From a virus (lineage: Duplodnaviria > Caudoviricetes): a stretch of DNA of 60,442 nt. This document shows positions 45,236 to 54,031 of the stretch, in pieces. Position 1 is the stretch's first letter. The number at the start of each line of letters is the position of its first letter. The translations under genes and the position numbers were made by a program. The notes under the pieces are model-generated. The model searched no databases, was not told where the DNA came from, and worked only from the letters and a program-made list of their open reading frames with translations. The stretch covers positions 1 through 60,442 of the IMG/VR virus record IMGVR_UViG_3300021376_002324; one strand, given 5' to 3'.

Positions 45236-47350
45236 TTAGAATAATTTTTCTATTTTACCAATAACTTCCTCGGGTGTAATCTCTTTTGAACACTCAAATT
45301 GTCTATCCGTGTTCTCGTGTATTGGGCACCAATTCCAATTACCAGCATCGAATTTATGTGTCTGCCAACAACTATTACAGACATTTTTGTTGATTATCCT
45401 ATTGATATTTTCAAATGGTTCTAAATACACATCAGTAAATCCAGATATTAAAACCACTGGTATACCGGAAGACCAAGCTAGCCAACTCAAACCACTACTA
45501 ATCCCTATAAAAAAATGTGATTCCTGTAGAACTTTCAAGACTTCCTTAGTTGAACTTGGTGGTTGTGTCTTTATTCCTTTGGGGTGTTTATTTCCCATAT
45601 ATCCATCCTCTTCTCTTGACAATAATCTCACTTCATATCCCTTAGATTTAATAAAGTCAACAACCTTTTGCCAACCTTCAGGATTATTCCAATACTTACA
45701 TTGTGCCGTGGAATGAATAGCAATACAAACCCTTTTCTTTTTATGTCCACCTAATTTTGGGACATTTGGTATAATTTCTTTATAATCTAAACCTAATATA
45801 TCCGACGCAATTTTTTGTAGTGGTTCTTGAAGTGGGTTATATGGATGTCTTTCATAATCAACTTGATTTCCATTATAAAATAAACCAAGTCTATACATAC
45901 CATATATATTATTAACTTGTGAGCCTGGATTTACAAATTCTATTTCGGGATATTCCTTTTCAAACAACTCATTATGAAAAGTAGAACAAACTACTTTACA
46001 GTCTCTTTGTTTCCTAAATTCTTCGACATAAGGAATAAATGCTAAAGTATCACCTAACGATTTACTTTCAAAAGAAATGTAAAACCTATTGTTTTTTGGG
46101 TTAAATTCATGGTATCCATTGTAGTCATTATCAATACCTATAATTCTAATCCCCCAATCTATATAATATTTAAAGGAGGGTTTGCACCATTGATTACTAC
46201 TTAATATTGTTTGGTAAACTACATTCCCATTTTTTTTATTTATAAATTGAACATTGTATTTGTATGGTAAATCATCTAATATTTCAACAAATGGTCCGTC
46301 AACAAAGTGGATATTAAACCTTCTATTTGATTGTTTATTTTTCCACTCTAAAATATTTTTTCTTCTAAAATCATATAAATCTTCATTAAGTCGTTGGGTG
46401 AATATTTCTATTCCTTGATAAAAAACTCTAACAGTTTCATTTTTTATGTAATCACCTAATAACTCTAAATGATATTCTCCCTTTTTAACGGTATAAAAAA
46501 ACCTTTTATTACCATAGTTCACTTCACATAAGTAATCCTTATCTGCCGGTTTTTCTGAGAATCCAGATATAAAATGAATATATAAATTATTATTATCTAC
46601 CGCAAGATATGTTTGAAATATTGCGCCATTCTTTAGAATACCATTTCTATTCCAAGCAGCATATATATTGAGTTCATTATCGTTAGGGATATACTTACTA
46701 ACAAAAACATTATTTGTAATAGTTTTTAAGGTTTGATAAAAAACCCTTTCTAATTGCCAACCATTTGGTTTATTTTTAAAATATTCCTCCTTTGTGTTAA
46801 TCTTATTTATTAATGAAAGGGCGATATCGGTTCTAATTGAGAAAATGTATGTTGATGAATATGGTTGTGGTTCATTTGTGGATCCCTTCATATATTCATA
46901 TACAACAGCATCATGGCTTCTAATGTATTCCATAAAAGACTGACGATATTGTGTCTCATCGGGTAAGTTATCATATTCCAAAAAATGAATATATTTCTTA
47001 CCTAATTGTTTGGCTAAGTTGAATGCGTTTTTCATAGTTAACCATATCGCATAATCATGATGAAAATCGACTTTATTGAATACCTTATAGTCATTCATTA
47101 TTGTCCATCTATCACTAACAACTTCATATTCTCTAAAATCTTTTTCTAATAGGATGTCATTGTTACTATCATATATGAAATAATCAACCTGTTTTTGAAT
47201 CCTTGGTTTCACGGGGTAATGTCCACATAATATTATTGGGACATTGAAAATTTTTAATCTATCAATTAATTTTAGTAAGGTTTTTTCTTTTTCTTCAGTG
47301 TCTAACCAACAGTCAACAATAAAAATATCTTCATTAAAAGTGTACGCCAT
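45236..47350 (-). CDS. Autotransporter O-heptosyltransferase-like (TibC/Aah type, GT9-like) protein with extra N-terminal domain
   Basis: FNIHFVDGPFVEI, SLGDTLA, KYWNNPEGW, GISSGLSWLAW, VVLISGF, Fe-finger-like CNSCW...WCP...FECSKEI. Confidence 0.75.
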   Translation of the reverse strand: MAYTFNEDIFIVDCWLDTEEKEKTLLKLIDRLKIFNVPIILCGHYPVKPRIQKQVDYFIYDSNNDILLEKDFREYEVVSDRWTIMNDYKVFNKVDFHHDYAIWLTMKNAFNLAKQLGKKYIHFLEYDNLPDETQYRQSFMEYIRSHDAVVYEYMKGSTNEPQPYSSTYIFSIRTDIALSLINKINTKEEYFKNKPNGWQLERVFYQTLKTITNNVFVSKYIPNDNELNIYAAWNRNGILKNGAIFQTYLAVDNNNLYIHFISGFSEKPADKDYLCEVNYGNKRFFYTVKKGEYHLELLGDYIKNETVRVFYQGIEIFTQRLNEDLYDFRRKNILEWKNKQSNRRFNIHFVDGPFVEILDDLPYKYNVQFINKKNGNVVYQTILSSNQWCKPSFKYYIDWGIRIIGIDNDYNGYHEFNPKNNRFYISFESKSLGDTLAFIPYVEEFRKQRDCKVVCSTFHNELFEKEYPEIEFVNPGSQVNNIYGMYRLGLFYNGNQVDYERHPYNPLQEPLQKIASDILGLDYKEIIPNVPKLGGHKKKRVCIAIHSTAQCKYWNNPEGWQKVVDFIKSKGYEVRLLSREEDGYMGNKHPKGIKTQPPSSTKEVLKVLQESHFFIGISSGLSWLAWSSGIPVVLISGFTDVYLEPFENINRIINKNVCNSCWQTHKFDAGNWNWCPIHENTDRQFECSKEITPEEVIGKIEKLF

Positions 47351-48009
47351 TATCTCTTTGTTATAATAATAATTCCATTTAGGAAGTTTATTGATTCAAC
47401 ATCCACCAAACAACCTGGTTGAGTTCTTTTTGATAAATCAATTAACCAATCTTCTCTTCTACCGTGTACATTTGGCACATCAAAATTCATTAATCCTCTA
47501 AAGTTGACATCATCAACTAAAGATTTAAAAACCTCAACACTTGTTGTTGGTTTTAAGTAACCTCCTTCATAATCTTCCCAATACGCCGTTCCACAGTCCT
47601 CTATAATGTAAACACCACCCGACTTTAAACTTGTCCATAGATACTGAAAAGAGTACACGACATGTGAATTTAAATGTGAACCATCGTCTAATATCATATC
47701 AAATGGTCCGTACTCATTTCTAATTTTAGTTAAAAATTCACCATCAGCCTGTGAACCAATCTCAACTTTAATTCTTTCTTCTTCATATTGTTTACATTCA
47801 GGAGTAATGTCAATACCTAAAATATTGGAACGATAAAAATACTCTTTCCATGTCTTTAATGATTTACCCTTTAAGATACCAATCTCTAAAATGTTTAAGT
47901 TATCGTACCTGTTGAATGGTAAATATTTTTCGTACTTCACACAGTAATTGTGAATGTCAGAACTCTTGTCTGTTCCATACGATTGTGCTATTTTGTTTAA
48001 TGTACTCAT
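47350..48009 (-). CDS. Class I SAM-dependent sugar O-methyltransferase (MycE-like)
   Basis: GTDK...HNY, ILEIGI, DDGSH, GGVYIIED. Confidence 0.8.
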   Translation of the reverse strand: MSTLNKIAQSYGTDKSSDIHNYCVKYEKYLPFNRYDNLNILEIGILKGKSLKTWKEYFYRSNILGIDITPECKQYEEERIKVEIGSQADGEFLTKIRNEYGPFDMILDDGSHLNSHVVYSFQYLWTSLKSGGVYIIEDCGTAYWEDYEGGYLKPTTSVEVFKSLVDDVNFRGLMNFDVPNVHGRREDWLIDLSKRTQPGCLVDVESINFLNGIIIITKR

Positions 48010-50732
48010 CTTATAAAATATATCATTTGTAATGCATTATTTGAACCCATAAACATAAGGTAGGAATTAAATCCAAGAATAACCATTCTGTTTATAAGTT
48101 TCTGTCTTAGTTCTTCATCATAATTGAAATGTGAGTGGTGATATTCCATAGAGATTGTTTTTACCTTCATCAAGTTTTCATCACTGATTCCTGATAGAGC
48201 ATAGTGTTCAGCACCCTCGATATCAACCTTTAAAAAATCAATTCTATCAATTATTCCTGTGTCAAATAGATAATCTAATGTGTAAGTTCGTACTTTATAT
48301 GATTCGGAATTCTCTTGTGTTCCAAATAAATTAGATCCACCTAAATGAACACTTTCATATAAATTCATTTCCCCAACTTGATTACTCATCGCAGCGTTAA
48401 ATAAAATTGAATTTGGACCCGCATTTAATGAAAGTAGTTTGAAGTATCTTTTATCGGGTTCAAAAGAAATAACTTTACCTGCACCTTCACTATGAGCCCA
48501 TCTATTGAATACTCCGATGTTACCTCCTAAATCTACAACGATGTCACCTTCGTGTATTGTCTTTTCTCTATTTTTATAATAGTCTCTTAAGTTGTATATT
48601 TCATGAAAGATAGCAGGTGCCCAACCAAATTTTTCAGCGACTTGCATTGTGCTACCCTCATATTCAAATAGATTTTCAAAATTTTCCAACTTATAAACAT
48701 CAGTATAAAAACACTTTGATTTATAAAATGAATTATCTCTTTTCATTTTAATATACTCAATCATTTTATCTGATATTTCTGCGTTCTTGTTGCCGTGAAA
48801 ATAAATGATGTCAGATTTATCTTTTGGAATATATTGATACCCAAAAATTCTATTAAAGTTTTGTGGTCCATCTTCATTCCAAAATTTATAAAACTGATGT
48901 AGAGTTCTATCTATAAATCCTTCATCACCATCATATGATGAAGTATCGAAGTTTGATAATGGTAAATGATTAGTGTACCCATACTTCCATCTCATTGCAT
49001 TATCAATACCCTCGTCGTTCCATAGATATAGTCTTTTATAATCGTTAGGATTTTCTTTCATTATTGTTTCATAATGATTAATTATCTCTTCAAACCATGT
49101 TTTAGAACTATCGTTATAAATGTAGAAACAAACGTGGGCATAAGGATTACCTTTACTTATTCCCCATTCGTTACTTAATTGTTCATTGAACAATTGTGAT
49201 TTTTTACCATTATCGTACATACCAAAAAATTCTTCCTGTACATGTATATCAGACAATGGATATCTACCAACTTTATTAAAATATTTTCTAACTGTATCTA
49301 TATTATGGTTTACAACAACATCACCATCAATCCATATCAGATGTTCGAAACCTTCATTTAAAGATTCGATACAAGCATGTTGTTTCCAATACCACTTATC
49401 GTGTTCAGAAATTTTGGGTGGGTTAATTGTTCTTTTAATAACATTTGGGTAATTAAATGGAACTTCACAATGAACACCATATACTATAATTTTTTGTTCG
49501 GAAAATTCTATTAACGATTGTACTAATTTTTCGATAACGGGCATATATCCAAGATTACCTGTTGTAACAAACGCAAAAGGTTTTTTATTCCTCATTAATA
49601 TTTCGGACGCATCTTTCGCAATCTTATTCCAATTAAAGTTTTTATGAATTTCTTTAGAATCGGATACCGCATTAACCCACATCGCTGTGTTATAGTCATA
49701 TGCATTTCTCATCTTTACTTTTAAGTCATCCCAATCTGGTTCACAATACTCGCCAGGCCATTCTTTGTGTTCGATATTTGCGGGTCTCATTCCTTTTATT
49801 GCCACAGGAACACCTTTATCTTTTGCAAATTGTAATTGTCCACCCCAATCAGAATATATAGAAGGGGTACCACACGCCATCGCTTCAATCAATGGTAGAT
49901 TCCACCCTTCACTTCTTGCACAAGAAACAAATACGTGTGCCGTTTGTAAATATTTTACATACTCTTCTCGAGATGGGAAGTTTAAAAATTTAATATTTTT
50001 TGTGTCAATACCGTAATGTTTAACTCTTTCTTCAGTAGAATTTAATCCATCGTAAGGATATGGATTTTCTACAGATGCAAGTAACTCAACATCATTTGTA
50101 TCTTTAAATTCTTCTGAGAAAGCTTTTAATATTTCTGTGGTCCCTTTTCTATAATCCCATCTTCCAAAATGTACAAATCTAATTTTCTCTCTTTTTGGGA
50201 ATTTTTTAATTGGTTTAAAAGTATTAATATCAACACCTTCGGGAACAATGAATATTTTTTCGGATGGATAACCCTGTTCAACTAAACAATCAAACTGCCA
50301 TTGCGTTGGTACCCATATTTCATCAAAATAAAAAAGTCTTTTGAAAAATTCATCGGGGTATCTGGTTGATTCCCATACATTATATGCAATTTTATAACCT
50401 TCATATTCCTCATAGAAATAGTGGTTATTAGTTTCCATCAAAACGATATGAACGTCAGGTACAAAATCACCTTTGTAATTGTACATTGGTTCGTCTATCC
50501 TACCATTACCATCCGCCTTGTGTAGTGTTTGTAGGATTAACATATCACCAATTTCTTTGGTGAAATAGGATTCACCATCATGTGGACGATTGTTCATACC
50601 CTTCCAACTGTTACCAATTGTTAGGTTTCTGATTTTGACTGTGTGATATTTGTTTAACGCACAAAAAAATGAACGTGCGTGATTGGCGTATCCTGTTGTA
50701 CCAATAAAAGGTGCGTGTCCAAGTATTTTCAT
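48006..50732 (-). CDS. Fusion: GT4 glycosyltransferase + GT-A-like domain + FkbM methyltransferase
   Basis: EGWNLPLIEAMACG; WIDGD; VDLGGNIG, FEP, LKVDIEGAE. Confidence 0.82.
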   Translation of the reverse strand: MKILGHAPFIGTTGYANHARSFFCALNKYHTVKIRNLTIGNSWKGMNNRPHDGESYFTKEIGDMLILQTLHKADGNGRIDEPMYNYKGDFVPDVHIVLMETNNHYFYEEYEGYKIAYNVWESTRYPDEFFKRLFYFDEIWVPTQWQFDCLVEQGYPSEKIFIVPEGVDINTFKPIKKFPKREKIRFVHFGRWDYRKGTTEILKAFSEEFKDTNDVELLASVENPYPYDGLNSTEERVKHYGIDTKNIKFLNFPSREEYVKYLQTAHVFVSCARSEGWNLPLIEAMACGTPSIYSDWGGQLQFAKDKGVPVAIKGMRPANIEHKEWPGEYCEPDWDDLKVKMRNAYDYNTAMWVNAVSDSKEIHKNFNWNKIAKDASEILMRNKKPFAFVTTGNLGYMPVIEKLVQSLIEFSEQKIIVYGVHCEVPFNYPNVIKRTINPPKISEHDKWYWKQHACIESLNEGFEHLIWIDGDVVVNHNIDTVRKYFNKVGRYPLSDIHVQEEFFGMYDNGKKSQLFNEQLSNEWGISKGNPYAHVCFYIYNDSSKTWFEEIINHYETIMKENPNDYKRLYLWNDEGIDNAMRWKYGYTNHLPLSNFDTSSYDGDEGFIDRTLHQFYKFWNEDGPQNFNRIFGYQYIPKDKSDIIYFHGNKNAEISDKMIEYIKMKRDNSFYKSKCFYTDVYKLENFENLFEYEGSTMQVAEKFGWAPAIFHEIYNLRDYYKNREKTIHEGDIVVDLGGNIGVFNRWAHSEGAGKVISFEPDKRYFKLLSLNAGPNSILFNAAMSNQVGEMNLYESVHLGGSNLFGTQENSESYKVRTYTLDYLFDTGIIDRIDFLKVDIEGAEHYALSGISDENLMKVKTISMEYHHSHFNYDEELRQKLINRMVILGFNSYLMFMGSNNALQMIYFIR

Positions 50733-50769
50733 TACTTAAAATATAATGAAAATGTCTTTAAAAATCAAA

Positions 50770-51837
50770 CTAAATTAGGGTTTTTTCTATTGGTAAAAAC
50801 TCGTGTAAATTGTGAAATACGAATGGATCAGTTGCAACTTTTTTAAACTCTCTTAAAAAATAGTTGTGTTCAGGATGTTTCGGGTCCCAAATTTTTAATT
50901 TTTCAAACTGTTCAGGTGTGAAGGTTCCCCAATTATTTATTTTACCATAGAAAACCTTTGTTTTCGTTCCAAATATCTCTTTCATTTTATTAAGAAAGGG
51001 CCCCATTTCTCTATAGTTAGACTTTTGGACTACAAATGATGTTTTTACTTTTCTCATACTTTTGATGGTAGCAATGAATTTAAGGTTAGATATAAGAATA
51101 TCCCAATTACCTCCCAATCTTGTAACCATTTCATATGTTTTCCTTGTTCCCGCATCAATACTAATTTCACAGCTCTTAACATATTTGTGTATGTTCGGCA
51201 TAGAATCCCACATTTCCTTATTCCAAAGACTGGCGTTGGTGTGAAGATGTATTGAATTAAGTTTTGGATATTTCTTTGGGTCGAAGTTCCTAAGGTAATT
51301 TCTGTAAGATACAGATGCAAATGGATCCGCAGTACCCGAACAATAAATCATTTCAATTGAATCCGAAAATGTTTCTTCCATTTCTTCAATTGTAGTGTTT
51401 ATTCTTTTAATTGACGATGAATTAGCAACAATCATATCTACCCTACAGGAAGGACATTTATAGTTACAAGTTCTGTCAAAAGACATTTGTAAAATTGTTG
51501 GTCCATAATCAATCTTTGTTTTTTTCTCGAGTACGTTATCTTTTATATAATCAGGTAAATCTTGAATTCTTTTTATTGGTCCAAAAATATCCATATTATA
51601 GTTCAAAAGTTGTGATAAAAATGGACATTGTTTTTTATCACAAAACCTATAAGATCCGTCCATAACAGACTCCCTTATTTCCATAGCCTCAGTACTATTC
51701 CATAATTCTTTTAATGGTACGTTTCTTGGTAGTTCCTTTTTTAACCAACTCGCACAACACATAAAGTTTCGAGTTTCATGTATTTCTAATGCTTGAAATG
51801 GAACAGTACAAACGTAGTCTTTCAAATCTATAATCAT
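50770..51837 (-). CDS. Radical SAM protein with N-terminal SPASM/Twitch-like Cys domain
   Basis: CNYKCPSC (CxxxCxxC); N-terminal CTVPF...MCC...C...CP. Confidence 0.85.
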   Translation of the reverse strand: MIIDLKDYVCTVPFQALEIHETRNFMCCASWLKKELPRNVPLKELWNSTEAMEIRESVMDGSYRFCDKKQCPFLSQLLNYNMDIFGPIKRIQDLPDYIKDNVLEKKTKIDYGPTILQMSFDRTCNYKCPSCRVDMIVANSSSIKRINTTIEEMEETFSDSIEMIYCSGTADPFASVSYRNYLRNFDPKKYPKLNSIHLHTNASLWNKEMWDSMPNIHKYVKSCEISIDAGTRKTYEMVTRLGGNWDILISNLKFIATIKSMRKVKTSFVVQKSNYREMGPFLNKMKEIFGTKTKVFYGKINNWGTFTPEQFEKLKIWDPKHPEHNYFLREFKKVATDPFVFHNLHEFLPIEKTLI

Positions 51838-52487
51838 ATTAATCCGCTAATTTTTTGATTTATTCTAACCTTTTTATATGGTGAGTTAATCCATTCATCA
51901 ATACATGTTTGATTGTGTGATATTTTTAAATACTCTAATAACTTGTCTAATGTTGGTCTATCTTTTCTAATAAATAGATTTTCATATGTAACCAAAGGAT
52001 AACCCCTTTTTGACATATTTTTTAAAAATTCTGACTCATTCTCTAAGTGTTGGGATATCCCAAAAATTTCCTCTTCGTCCTCTTTTTTCAAATCATAAAA
52101 TTTTTGTTTATGCCAAAGTGGGGATATGGTTCTATTTTTTGATAATTTTAAATGATAGAATAGACTTTCAGCTTGTTTTCTTTTGTCTTCTCTCTCTAAT
52201 ATTATAATTTTATCAAAATACGAATACACCCACACTAAATAATCTTCAAAACATTCAAATGATTCGTATGGGTAATTATCCCTATCTATAAAGGTTTTGA
52301 CTAAAACATCATTCGTATTAATAAATTCTTCTATAGTTTTAGGTTTACTCTCTTTATCAATATTGAGGTAATTAAATGGTTCAAAAAAAAGTTTATGGTT
52401 CTTTTTTTCTTTTGTTAATAAACAATTAATGAGATAAAATAAGGATGTTGATCCACTCCTACCATTGCAAAAAATCACAATTCTCAT
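51834..52487 (-). CDS. Sulfotransferase-like protein (Stf0-like)
   Basis: GRSGSTSL 5'-PSB loop, EPF, R...QAES 3'-PB, YENL. Confidence 0.65.
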   Translation of the reverse strand: MRIVIFCNGRSGSTSLFYLINCLLTKEKKNHKLFFEPFNYLNIDKESKPKTIEEFINTNDVLVKTFIDRDNYPYESFECFEDYLVWVYSYFDKIIILEREDKRKQAESLFYHLKLSKNRTISPLWHKQKFYDLKKEDEEEIFGISQHLENESEFLKNMSKRGYPLVTYENLFIRKDRPTLDKLLEYLKISHNQTCIDEWINSPYKKVRINQKISGLI

Positions 52488-53029
52488 AATAATTTTTTAT
52501 TGGTGTCTGATTTATAATATTTAAAATCAGTATTAGTTATCCAAATATTAAGAGCACATCTGATACCTTCATTAACCGGCATTACACCATGATAAATTTT
52601 ACTACCATCAAATGAAATACATTCACCAATTTCTAATTTATACTTTTCACATTCCTTAATATTTTTTGGTTTTTCTGAAAGTACAAATCTCCCATCAGAA
52701 AAGTTTTTTGATAATACTATGACCGTTGTTAATTGAGAAGTCGAATCTAAATGTAGGTCTAACCACCTTCCGTCGTAATATTTGGTAAGGCTTATGTTAG
52801 AGTCTTTAATATGAAAATTGTTTAAATCAAACCATAATTTAAACTCTCCTGAAATGTATTTTTCTTTTAATTTACTTATGATTTTTTCTTTAAATTCGTC
52901 AACATAAACTCTCTTACAATCCCATGTTTCGGATGAATGATATGAGAATTGTGTTCCATTTTCTTCACAAAATTTAATTATATCATCACATTCCGACTCA
53001 TCAAAAAATTTATTTACTGAAAAATTCAT
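52484..53029 (-). CDS. 2OG-Fe(II) oxygenase
   Basis: HLD...HGV..V.EG.R. Confidence 0.8.
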   Translation of the reverse strand: MNFSVNKFFDESECDDIIKFCEENGTQFSYHSSETWDCKRVYVDEFKEKIISKLKEKYISGEFKLWFDLNNFHIKDSNISLTKYYDGRWLDLHLDSTSQLTTVIVLSKNFSDGRFVLSEKPKNIKECEKYKLEIGECISFDGSKIYHGVMPVNEGIRCALNIWITNTDFKYYKSDTNKKLL

Positions 53030-53862
53030 ATTATTCGTTTATTTATGTCTTTAGTAATATAATTTAATATATTTTTCTCTAAAATCCAATGGTATAATTC
53101 TTTTGCAATTAATTGATAACCAAATTTATTTGGATGTTTTCCACCATAATGATTATCATCCCATAATTTTTTGTCTTCCCATACCTCTTTTTTATTTGTT
53201 TCACATAAATGGTCTTTAAATGTTTTATTTGAAAAATTCCAATAATGATTTTTATTAATGTAATCGGTTTTATCTATTTCTTTCAAAATATTCTTCTTTA
53301 TCATAGTATCAAATGCATCACAAAAAACATATCTAACACCAATTCTATCGAACATAAACTGAAGATACAGAATATAATTTTGATTTATAATATTATAATA
53401 CTGATCAGAAAAGAGATTTTCTAAAAAGAATTCTTTGTAATCTTTTTTTAGATTTATATTTATGTGTGAGTCAGTATTATTTAATTTGGTTGTATTTACG
53501 ATGAATTGGTAAACGTGTTTTTTATTTAAGTATCTTTCCCCCCAAAAATGCCAAGGATTATCATCAGGAAAAAATGGTAAAGAATCTCTTAGAGATGAAG
53601 ACCACATAATAACAACTAAATCATTTTTAGAAAAAGTTTGATTATGTATTGAATGGGAAACCACATCAAATATTGTTTTATTTGATGATGCGCCCATTCC
53701 GAAATTACAAAACTCTATTTCCAATAAATCAGATAGATACTTCGGCCAACAAAAATTTTGTCTAATTTTAGTTCTCTCCTCAGGTGTGTTTGTTTTTCCC
53801 TCTTCAATTAAGTCACCGCCAACACCTTCAGTCCAACTATCTCCAAATGTAAACAACTTCAT
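53026..53862 (-). CDS. SGNH/GDSL-like paralog 6
   Basis: FGDSWTEG, GASSN, KHPNKFGY. Confidence 0.65.
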   Translation of the reverse strand: MKLFTFGDSWTEGVGGDLIEEGKTNTPEERTKIRQNFCWPKYLSDLLEIEFCNFGMGASSNKTIFDVVSHSIHNQTFSKNDLVVIMWSSSLRDSLPFFPDDNPWHFWGERYLNKKHVYQFIVNTTKLNNTDSHININLKKDYKEFFLENLFSDQYYNIINQNYILYLQFMFDRIGVRYVFCDAFDTMIKKNILKEIDKTDYINKNHYWNFSNKTFKDHLCETNKKEVWEDKKLWDDNHYGGKHPNKFGYQLIAKELYHWILEKNILNYITKDINKRII

Positions 53863-53868
53863 AATTCA

Positions 53869-54009
53869 TTATGAAAGATGTTTTTCCTTTACCTTGTTAA
53901 TAAAACTTTGAAATGCGTTAGAAACCTTTACCTTTAACTCATTTGATAAAGGTACGATAGTCGGTTTAATTGTTTGAATTGGTCTTTCTACTTTTACGTT
54001 GTTTGCCAT
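53869..54009 (-). CDS. Small protein (46 aa) downstream of the Hint-precursor gene
   Basis: Manual translation MANNVKVERPIQTIKPTIVPLSNELKVKVSNAFQSFINKVKEKHLS; fills the gap. Confidence 0.6.
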   Translation of the reverse strand: MANNVKVERPIQTIKPTIVPLSNELKVKVSNAFQSFINKVKEKHLS

Positions 54010-54031
54010 TACTACTTATTTTTAATATTTT

